A stretch of 34,617 nucleotides of DNA from Thelocarpon superellum (lineage: Eukaryota), in the NCBI GenBank assembly GCA_026025795.1, contig JAPEUG010000170.1:1-34617 (forward strand), in the 5' to 3' direction. The translations under genes were made by a program, and so were the position numbers. Positions within the stretch are counted from its first letter, which is position 1. Each line of letters starts with the position of its first letter. The notes under the pieces are model-generated. The model had not been told where the DNA came from. It saw nothing but the letters and a program-made list of their open reading frames with translations, and did no database searches. Positions 22,046-34,617 of this stretch are shown in pieces.

Positions 22046-23224
22046 CTACTCGACGTCCATTTCCACTGCAGTTCCGCCACCTCCACTCCCCCCTCCGCCT
22101 CCGCCTCCGCCTCCACCTCCACCAAGAGACTTCCGACGCTCGAGGACAAAGCCGACAAAGTCGTCGAGCACACCGGGCCAAGCGCCCTGCTCGTCCCACC
22201 AGCTGAGATCCTCGCCGCCTTCGACGGCCGTCTTACGATAGAATTCATACGTCATGTTCCACATGTCCCGGTTGACACTGCGCTTCCACTGCTGCTGCAG
22301 GTATTCCAGCCACCAGTCGAGCCAGGGCGTCGTGCTCGTGTTCCAGCACACGCTGCCGGAGCCGGAGAAGAGGAGGCGCCAGTACTCGAGTGCCGTGTCG
22401 AGCGCCACGGCTTTCTGGCCCGGTGATCGCGCCAGCTGGAACGTGTACCGGTAGATGCGTCGGAACAGTTCCTCGTCGTATGCGATGCTGTGTCGGAGGT
22501 GCGCGATTGTTGTCTGTTGCTTGCTGATGGAGTCGGCGCCGCTGGACAATCGGAGGGTTAGCGGGGGGGGAAGACGTGACAGGGAGGGGGGGAGTGGGGG
22601 GAAAGAAGCTGCGGTGTGGGAAGGAAAGCTCACTTCAAGGCCTTCCATCCCTTGACGAATCCGTCTCGTGTAAACTCGCCCATGCTTGGCGCTTGGAGAG
22701 CCTCTCCGACGGCCAAGACGGCAATGTCGTCCAGTTGGACCTTCAAATCATGCATGTACCGCATCGCGCCCTCGACGCCGATGAGATCCGTGTTGTCGAT
22801 CGGCGCATCTGCCCCATCCACGTCAGCCGAGCTCGAGCAGGACGACGGACGGGCCGCGTGGCGCGGGATACGCACCTCGGTATTTGTCGAAGAGCTTCCC
22901 CAGTGAGGCGGAGAGATTGCTAGAGGCGGCGGCGGCGGCGACGGCGCTGCTGCTGGTGGAATTGCCCGGACTCCGAAAGTACCTAGACCGCGTGGTGAGC
23001 CGATGCAGGAGACACATCTCGAGGTCGGGCATACGCATCCGCGGCGAGTTCTACATTCCAGTCGTTGGATTTTAAAAACTAGCAGGGGAGTGATTAGTCC
23101 AGCATGTCCGAGGCTGCCGCGGCCTCGATTGCCCAACCTTGGTTGCGAGCCGATCGCTCGCGGATGTGACGGAGGTGAATTGCACGATCTTGGCCTTCTG
23201 CTGCGCGTTGTAGATGGACGGCAT
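22046..23224 (-). CDS. DCN1: Defective in cullin neddylation protein Dcn1 (302 aa); exons 23224-23138, 23078-23035, 22982-22876, 22808-22634, 22541-22046
   Basis: UBA-like N-terminus (QFTSVT..FLKSNDWNVELAADAYF); PONY-domain motifs LFDKYR, MGEFTRDGF, FRRIYRYTF, SVNRDMW, AWPGVLDDFV; four canonical introns, in frame; poly-Gly tail. Confidence 0.93.
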
Positions 23225-23948
23225 CACGGTGGCGAGCCGGATGATGACGAGAGAAGAGGAAGATACCTAGGTCAGGGGTATCCTGCCCACACCCGCTCCC
23301 AAAATTAGAGAGGGCGAGCCCCTGCGGCAATCACCTGGGTCGGATCTTGAAGTTGGGGGAATGCGGTCGTGCACGTCACGTTTGGTCCCATCCGAGAGAT
23401 GCGGAGCACGCGAGATTCACAGAGTTTCGGTGCTTCGACCCTTGCGCTCGTGAGAGCCACGACGCTGCTTTTTGAAGTGTCACTGATGTATGTTGCACGT
23501 ACCACAGCTCCTCTCCACGTGACCGTACGTCACACCTGCGGCGGTTTACTGGCATCCACTACGGCTGACACACGATTGCTTCCCGCCCGTGATGTTGTCG
23601 TCGCGGATGTTGGAAGGGCAATCTTCGTCGGTGAAAATGCGGAACTGGAACTCGTCGGTACCGGAAGGATACTGTCCATCTTCCTCGGATTCCAAGGAGA
23701 GTAGAGTATACTTTGCATGATTCCTGCTCCCGCCCGAGAATCGACCAGTACTTGACACTCGGAAGGAGACAGATCTTGCGGATTCGTAGCTCGAGTGACA
23801 AGCGGTATCGCAACACTGGAAAGACTTCCGATATGACCTCGGGATGTCCCCCCCCGCCCATCGTCAGAGCACGACCACCTGCCGACCCGACCACGCAACA
23901 CCCGCTCTCATCCTGACCAGCAGTACACGCCACCACTTGCACCCACTC

Positions 23949-26346
23949 CTACTCTCCCAGGGGCATCCCTTCCACCTCCTCGTTCAAGGAGCGCCAGTTG
24001 TCCGCTTGAAGCTCGGCATACTTGACCCGCTCCTGGCTCCAGTCTTGATGCAAGCGACTGACGTGGTACTGCGAGTGCTGGAAGAAATTCAGCTCATCAC
24101 GCAGGCACTCCTTGATAAAGACCCCGCGCGCGTGCTGCGCCACGATGGACCGCTTATCCTGCGAGGCTGTCAACATCTGTCCGTCTCCAGTGACCCAGAC
24201 CGAGGCGCTTACCCGAATGATGGCCTCCTCCACCTTCTCAATCTCTCCCGGCTTCACCGCATCGTCGGGTCGAGCCTTCAGAGCGGCCAATCTCGTCTCG
24301 TTGTTCTGGATCTTGCGCTCCAACATCGGGATCGTGTCTTTCGACAGTCGCTCCGCGCGATCAAACATGTCCCGCACGCTGACCAGGGTATCGCGTTGTC
24401 GCTTCATATCCTCAATCACCCCTCCATCCCACGCCCGCGCTTCGTCCTCCAGCAGGCTCTGGCTGGCCGAGAGATGCTTCGCCGTCGCGTCCAGCCCGGC
24501 GTTCAGCAGCGGCACGTCGTTCGTGTCCACCGCGTACGTGCCGGCCGATGTCTCCGTGGCCGACTGCAGCGCCACCGCCACACGGAGATAGTCCGCACCC
24601 AGTCCCTCGTTGCGCTTCGCCAGCCGCTCCATCAGATTGCACAGGCTGATATAGATCTCCGACGACCGCAGCACGCCTGACCGCACCGTCTCAAAGGTCT
24701 CGGTCAGACTGGACGGGAGCGAGTCTTCCAGCGTCGGGGGTAGCGTCTTGCCAGCGAACTCTTCCTGCACGGAGATGGTCGCTTGTTTTCGCCAGACGGA
24801 TAACTCCTGCACCGAGCTCAGTCATCGCTCCGGACGATCGAGGGTGGACATACCGTAGGCACCGTCAGGAACATGGTCACGAGCTGTTCTTGATTCAAGA
24901 TTGGGTGTCGGACCAAGGCGTTGGTGAACCGGGCCAGTCCGCGCCGTCGCTTCTCGATGAACGATGCATCGGCCGAGAGGTGGTTGCCATTGACTGTGTC
25001 TGCGTAAGCCTCTCATGGAGCACCTGCCGTCCGCGTGCTTGACGTACCAGCCACGCGCTTGGGAGGAAGCAGCGGGAGCTGCCGGAACGGATATCGTTTG
25101 TGCAGGCAATCCAAGAGCCAGACAAAGTCGCTGTACCGACGCACCACTTTGCTGCCGCGGCGCGCGCTCGAGACTTGATAGTTGCGATGCTGGAAGAGGA
25201 ACATGCCCTCCTTTTCCGGGAGCACCGTCACCACCACCAGCTCCTCCACCCCCCCTCCCGTTACCCGCCCTCCTCCCAGCGATCGCACGGGCCCACCCGT
25301 CCCGTGTAGTACGTCGGGTGCGCCGCTCGGGTCGCCAAACACGTCACCCCCCAGCCCTGCATCGGCCTGACTCGAGATGTTGGCCGGCTCCGAATCTCCG
25401 TAGCTGGTCCACCCCCCGGTGACGCGCCCACGAGCCGTGACAGGTTCCTCCGCGATGCTCCCACCCGATCTTCCCCGTGACGAGGTGGTGAAATTGCTGG
25501 TGGTCCGTGAAGGCAGATCGGACGCGCCCTTGGCTCTCGATGGTGGCCCGATGGATTCGTCGTGACCATGGCCTTTATGGAGCGCGGGGCTCCCCCACGG
25601 ATCGGTCTCGGGAAAGTCCAAGGCATCTTTGCCGGCCTCCTGCGCTCGTGACGGAGACGCCTTGGCACCCGCCGCGGGCTCGGCCACAGCACGAGACGGC
25701 GGGAGGGATCCGGTCGGCGTCTCACGCCCATTCAAAGACTTGGCTGGCTCGGCCGTGACGAGCGACGGGAGTGATGGCACCGGGAGATCTGCGACGGTGG
25801 TCAGTCATCTGCCGATCGCCGGGGCCAAAGGGAGATAGTCGTACTCCGCTTTCGTTCATCGACTCCGTCAAGGGTGATTTCTTCGTGTTCCTGCGCCAAG
25901 CCGATCAACGCCATGAGGACGTGGAACTCCCCGCGCCCGATCCCTGTCGTGCCATCGTGACTCGGTGGAATGATGAGGTCGAGTATCCGTGCCTGTTCGT
26001 CCGAACTCAAGTCGCTAGCGGCGAGCACCTTCTTCGCTCCCGCTACGCTGATTCCCGCACCCTGTCGGTTGCCCGCGTCGAGGACGCTGTCATACGTGTC
26101 GATGTAGCTCTCCGGCACATCCGCCGCCGGCAGAAGGGTCTTGATGAGATCTTGTCGGGCCGCCTTCTTCGGCGTGGGCAGGTTCCATGGTGACGCGGCA
26201 TCTTCATTGCCCTCGTCGGCAAAGAGCGAGCTCTGTGAGGCCGATGCTTTGGCCCGTGTGCTCTCCTTGTCGAAGAGGGATTGCCTGGCAAGGGAGGATG
26301 GATCGGGGCTGGGTGCCGCCTCGGGCGACGTACCGAACAGCGACAT
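23949..26346 (-). CDS. MVP1: Sorting nexin Mvp1 (PX-BAR; 728 aa); exons 26346-25845, 25788-25048, 24993-24854, 24806-24213, 24158-23949
   Basis: MSLFG start; PX motifs EKEGMFLFQH, VRRYSDFVWL, YPFRQLPLLPPK, FIEKRRRGL; C-terminal coiled/BAR region; four canonical introns, in frame. Confidence 0.94.
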
Positions 26347-28240
26347 GACCGATGACGAATGGAAGAGGGGCGCAGGCCAAAGCACTTGCTCGATCGCTCG
26401 GGGTGGGAATGGTCCGGGCGACCGGTCTACGCTCCGCTAGATGAGGCGCCCCGCCGCGGATGATGGCGATTGAAGATGGCACGGGCGGGACGGAGCTCGC
26501 GTTCAAGGTTCTAGGATCACATATGGGACGAGGGAGGAGCTTAGCTGCCGACAACACGCGAGCGCCTGCGGTACGAGAGTACGAGTACTGCCTCCCGTCA
26601 TATTGACACCGTCCCCCGTTGAGCCCAGCACCCACCGTCCGCCCAGCCGCATCACGGCTTCTACATCTTTACTTTACTTTACTGCCTAGTTGCCCAAGGC
26701 GGCTTATGGATCCCTTGTCATGAGACAGAGGCCCTTCCACTGTCGTCGAATTCACAAACCTTTACGTGTCCCTGTTCGTCGAACGCGAGCCAAATGGGTG
26801 GAAGCATCACATTATCTAGCAGCTCAACGAACACCGCACCTAGTTCTAGTGGAATTCTCCGACTAGTCGTACGCGAGACAAACCACGTTCTTATGCTCTC
26901 TCGAAAATAACGACGCTCCGGGGAATCGTACCTGTGCCTGCCTGGCTTGAAGCATCAATCGTGGCAGGACATCAACCCAAGGTCTGCCAGACGAGACCCA
27001 AAGATGGTGATGCTTGGAGCCTTGCTTGTCTCCTATGCTTGCAACGGTCAAAAGACAGTCAAGCGCTAAAATGACCAAAAGCGCCCCCCGGCACCCTGGG
27101 GGTAAAAGACGGACGAAGTAGAGAGGTAGATATTCTGTTCAGATCAGGCCGTGGACAATCCCTTCCATCTTGAAGCTCCATTGCTCTTGCCTGGGCAGCG
27201 CTCCGCAAGGTAATCCGCTTAGCGGGGAGCGATCCGAGGGGCTGCCTTTACCCGTCACTATGTTACTTGTGCCGCCCGAGGGCAGCGAGACTGCGTCAGC
27301 AGCTCGAGGGCCATTCACATCGCATCTGCACAACATACCAACTACTACTCGTAGCAGAGCTAAGCTTGCTATTGGCTCGATCCTGCTTTACTCGTTCTTC
27401 CAGTTCGTTTGGTGCGGTGGCAGGCTCGCTGCAATCTATGTTAGCCATTCGCCAGACAGGCCTCGTGGATCGTCCGCCTGAACAGGTGCAAGCAGATCTC
27501 CCCCGTCCAAGTGTCGAGCTGGATAGCCCCAGGACACGAATGGGTAGACTGTGGGACGGAATACTCTCAGCTCACTCAGATGATACTGGAACGTTTGGGC
27601 CGTGTAAGGTGAATGATGGCCACCCAGATTTGAAAGCAGGTGGCGGGATCGACCGTGTTCCATGCGATTCGGCAGCAGGCCTAGACCAGGGCGCAGGCGA
27701 CCAGAATCACCGCTCCCAGCAGAAACGAACTCGGCTAAATGCGAGCTCGTCACGCTGGTGGGCGATGACAGCGTCGTGAAAGCCGATCAGCTACCGGGAG
27801 TGCCACGGGTGCGTGAGGCTGATTGGTCTCTTGCCTGCTCTCGCCTCGTTACGACTGGTTACGTACCTACAAGTGTACCTGGCGTCGATGCTGCTGCTTC
27901 CACGACGACCTCGTCTGCTCTCTGCCACCACACTTTGAGTGATCGTTGTCCACTCCACCAGCCTTTGCCAACCTTCCACCTCTTCGCGCCTCGTCTTGCG
28001 CGAGGTCGTCTGTAAGAGGCTCTCTCATCTTTCCGCTTTCCGCTTCCCAACTTTCTCTCATCGTTCTCTCTTCACTCTCCTACTTGCCACTCTGCTTGAG
28101 CCACCCAAGCTACCACCCAGGCTGCCGACCGCATCCCCCCGGCCTCGACCTCTTCCTCCCTTGCCCTCGACTCATCAACGACATACTCACATCTCCACGC
28201 GCTTCCTCCAGCCGAGTATCCCACCTCGCGGATCGTCAAC

Positions 28241-30987
<2,747 letters not shown>

Positions 30988-31590
30988 ATGACACCATCCT
31001 GCATCACGTCAAGCGCGATCGACCGTGGACGGGGAAGTGACGCACGGCGGACGGGGATAGGAGCGGGAGACGGAATGGGGATGTAGACTGGGCTGATGGG
31101 GGAAGGGGGATGGTAGTGGAGGGTGGAAAATGGAGAACGGAGAATGATCTAGGCGTGAAGAAGAAAAGAGGAGACAAGCATGACGACCGCTCTAATCAAC
31201 TCTCTCGTTTTCTCCCTCTCTCTCTCAGTTTCCGTATCTTATTGCTCTCGTCTCTATGCACACACTGGCTCGAATCATAAATGAATGAGAATCTACGTTG
31301 CAGAACCATCGATCCAACCTCACAATGGAGCATTTGGGGCCTAGAGCGGTATGACGGAGCGTGAAGATTGATTGAAGATTGATGGTGCATGAGCCACTTT
31401 CATTCTTGCCTGTCCCTCCCGCCCACCTGGTAGGTACGAAGACCCATGTCGCTGTCCTAGACTACATTCGATGCATACACGTCAATGACCGTGACCTCGA
31501 CCTCGACCTTGACCACGAGCATACTTGAGACATAGAAGGAGAATGAGCCTACGAAGAAGAAGGAGAGCGGAGACAAAGGGTGAAGAAGAG

Positions 31591-32297
31591 CTAATCAACC
31601 TCCACCACAGACAATAGAGCCTCTCTGACCACTTCGTGGCCTTCATCTACCACGCGTTTTGGTATTCGTAGCTCTTTGTCGCTTGGTCCGTTCCCATTCC
31701 CACTCCCGAGTGTACTGGAATGGGAGGTCGTAGATGTAGACGCAGTCCCATTCACCTTCTTCCCGTTCGTCATGGCCGTGTTTCCCTTCTTCCTATCCTC
31801 CTTCTCCTTCTCCTTTTCCTTCTTTCTGCTCGAGGCGTCTGCTTCGTGTCCGTCCGCATTCTCATCGCCGTCGCCGGAGCCGCGTGCCGCGCCCGGGCTC
31901 GCATTCGTATTCGCAGCCGCCACGCGCTCCTGGACGAGTTTCAAGAGCGTCGGGAACGTGTGGGCTTCGCCTGAGCGGAGCAGCGAGAGGCATAGAGTGC
32001 GGATGTTGCTCGGCCATGTCGTGCTGTGGACCGTGGAGAGGAGGTGTGCGTGGATTCTGTGGTGTGATGTGATGTGCGTTAGTGCGGGATGTGGAGCAAA
32101 GGGAAGAGGCGAGGGGCAGCGGGGCAGCGGGGGTTGCAACGGAGGTGGACGCACTTCTCAATATGCCCGCCGTCTAACAAGGCTCCGTTGATGTCGCTGC
32201 GCAGGTCGGGCGTCAAGGACGAGGGTGATGGGCTACTTCCCAGCGGGACGGGTCGGGCGTTTGACGATCCGCTCGTAGCTGCCGCCGAGGGCGCCAT
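31591..32297 (-). CDS. SUS1: Divergent Sus1/ENY2-like SAGA-DUB/TREX-2 subunit (202 aa); exons 32297-32155, 32056-31591
   Basis: LRSDINGALLDGGHIEK/IHAHLLSTVHSTTWPSNIRTL..F..LL..V..IP..VREAL..VVE follows the Sus1 helical pattern as I recall it. Intron 32154-32057 is GTGCGT..CTAAC..CAG; 609 nt in frame. Confidence 0.7.
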
Positions 32298-32588
32298 GAG
32301 GTGCGAGCGTGTTGGGGGATCGGAGAGTGGGCGGGGGACAAACCCTTCTCCCGTGGCTTCTACAAGGCGATGGCGATGAGAGGCAGACGATCCTCCTCAA
32401 GATATGACACTCTAGGTCTCGTGGATGGGGGATGAGATTGGGTCAGGTGATGCAAGCTACATCCCGCCAGAGCGGATTGGATCCATATGATATGGAGTCG
32501 ATATTGGTTGGGATTGGGAAAGCCACGGCGACGATCCGTCGGAGTGGAGAGATGTTGGTCCCGGCTCGTGCCGGGACGTCTCAGCAGG

Positions 32589-32630
32589 GAAGCGTGAAGC
32601 GTGAAGCGTGAAGCGTGAAGCGTGAAGCGT
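32589..32630 (+). repeat. (GAAGCGT)6 heptamer microsatellite
   Basis: Six perfect units upstream of the SUS1-like gene. Confidence 0.95.
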
Positions 32631-33416
32631 CCGAATGCCAGCATGTGCCGGGTTAAGTGGCGCTACATCTACGAACTCATCGTCATTCATGGCTAGGTCG
32701 TACCGACCAACGGGATGTCGCACCGTGGGTGTATAGTATTTCCTACTCATACGTCCGCTGGTAGGGCTGCTCTTCATTGGAGGTGCACCTACGCCGCCAG
32801 AGCTGCGGCGCTGCTCCACTGCTTCGCTGCTTAACTGTGGTTTAGGCGAGGCTTGGACCTGCCCGGCGCTAATGCGGGGGGGGCCGGAAGTCTAATTTTG
32901 GAAGAGAGCGGTCGCTCAGCCAAGTTCCTGTGGACGCCGTCACTCACCCTGGCGGATGGTTGCCCCATTCGATCGAGGCTGCCCCATTGACCCGATCCAG
33001 AGGCTCTACGGCGGGCCCCGGTGACAAGAATATACCAACACGCACAATACAAAATCTTCATTCACTTCTTTGACAGCCCCCGTCTAGTGGTGGATTGCTT
33101 TTCACGAAACATCGCACAAGACGTGGTCGGCGGAGGGATGACGGAAACGAGTGTGCGGGCGATTCCCCGTCGTCCTCGCACGATACACGTCGCCGGTCGC
33201 TGCCCTTCTCTCCCCGTGACGAAGGAACAGACAAGGACACGACGACGACGACAGATGTAGAAAATGGTACACATATCCAGAGAGGATGGTTCACATTACC
33301 CCAAACGTGCGAATAAACAAAGGACAACAACAAAAAGCGAGACCCCATGCTGTGCGGAGTGGCCGTGCTCCAACGCCCCAAACGCTGTCTGTCCCGGATG
33401 ATCCATGATGCTCGCC

Positions 33417-33449
33417 GCTCTCGCTCTCGCTCTCGCTCTTGCTCTCGCT
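33417..33449 (+). repeat. (GCTCTC)n hexamer repeat in STE50 3' region
   Basis: gctctcgctctcgctctcgctcttgctctcgct. Confidence 0.85.
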
Positions 33450-33477
33450 GCCTTGCTCGGTCAGAAGACGACGACGC

Positions 33478-34598
33478 TCATAGGACGCCGCCAGGTACCA
33501 AGGGAACCCCGCTCTGATACGCCGGCCCTCGCCCACCGCCGATGCTGCCCGCCGGCTGTCCCACGAAGCCCGACATGCCCACGCTCCCCGGATGCCCATC
33601 CACCGTGGGCGCAATCTTGCGCAGCATGAACATGGGCTTCTTGCCCTCGCGGTCCAGTTGCTTGAACAGGATCAACGGCTTCTCCTCCAGTTCGAGGCAT
33701 CGTTCCTCGTCCCCAAAGACAATGTACAGCGCGTATTGCTTCCAGTCCGCGTTGATGTTGTACTTCTTCAACGCGTCCGGAAGCACCTTGTAGCACGGGT
33801 CGTCCATGGAGACCCGGAACGACTTGAAGATCTCCACGCTGGGTCCTCCGCTGCTGGGCCCGTTGCTGCCGTCCGACCGAGGCGGCTCCAGTGGCGTCGG
33901 CTCCGGTCGTGATCGGGTCGACGTCGCCGTCGACGTCGTCCCGCGCGCGTCGCGCTCGATGAAGGAGGTGTGCGGGAGCGAGATCTCTTCCGACGGCGTG
34001 TGCGTGTTGCGATTGCCCGACGAGCCCGCATGCCCGAAGGTTTGAGAGGCCAGCGTCGGCCCATTCCGGTGATGCGGCGGCGACGTCGGCGACGGTAGCT
34101 GCTGCGAGTAGCTCGGCGAGAGCTGCGGCGCCCCCGTCACCGTCGCCGCCAGGTGGCTCGACGCGGCGTTGGCCGCCAGGGATGACTCCACCTTGGACGT
34201 GTCCGACATGGCCTTGTTCTCTTGAATCGCCGGAGGCACGTGCGTCGGGGACGAGTTCTTCGGTGGGCCGCCCAGACCGAGCATCATCTTGGTCGAGATC
34301 TTGCGCGTCAGGCTGCTGTTCTTCTCCGGCGCCAGCTGTGGAGGGGGCATGACGCTGCCATTCTCATGCGAGCCGCCGTGCTGGTCCAGGGTGAGTCCGG
34401 CCGGGTGCGGAGGCAGCGGGCCCTTGGCCATGGTGAAGACCGGCAGGAGTTCTCGCCGGAGCGCCCGATACTCCTCCGTCAACTTGGCCAATTCCGACTC
34501 CGCCCGGATGATGCGCTCGTCACGGAGCCGGATGGAGTCGATGATCCGAGCAATATCCGCCTGCGTCGCCGTGGCATCCTGCATGTCGGCTTCCGCCG
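33478..34598 (-). CDS. STE50: MAPK adaptor Ste50, terminal exon (coiled region + RA domain); 5' part including the SAM domain lies beyond the window
   Basis: LRDERI coiled segment; RA domain VEIFKSFRVSMDDPCYKVLPDALKKYNI..YALYIVFGDEERCL..PLILFKQLDREGKKPMFMLRK; upstream in-frame TGA inside a CTGAC branch-like site marks an intron. Confidence 0.92.
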
Positions 34599-34617
34599 CT
34601 TCACCAATGCGTCAGCC

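Overview
GC-rich, gene-dense eukaryotic DNA from a filamentous ascomycete (Pezizomycotina; inferred from the protein families and from short GT-AG introns with CTRAY-type branch sites). I hand-spliced 11 genes, and every complete model gives an in-frame product: HGT1-like sugar porter (+), AmdX/Adr1-like C2H2 transcription factor (-), type II HAD (+), RRB1 (-), SPG1/TEM1 GTPase (+), Pro-rich transglutaminase-like protein (+), DCN1 (-), MVP1 (-), CDC48 (+), a divergent SUS1/ENY2-like gene (-), and the last exon of STE50 (-, truncated by the window edge). I found no transposon, CRISPR, rRNA or tRNA. The most notable unexplained signals are: (i) a cryptic Sus1-like protein with an ~80-aa insertion and an apparently ancestral intron position; (ii) a long AUG-depleted amdX leader whose uAUGs are confined to a putative intron; (iii) a roughly 10-fold enriched ACGAGTA/TACTCGT motif seen only in intergenic DNA; (iv) CreA-type site clusters in the 6-kb amdX-HAD intergenic region. 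All family assignments come from recognised motifs, not database searches.
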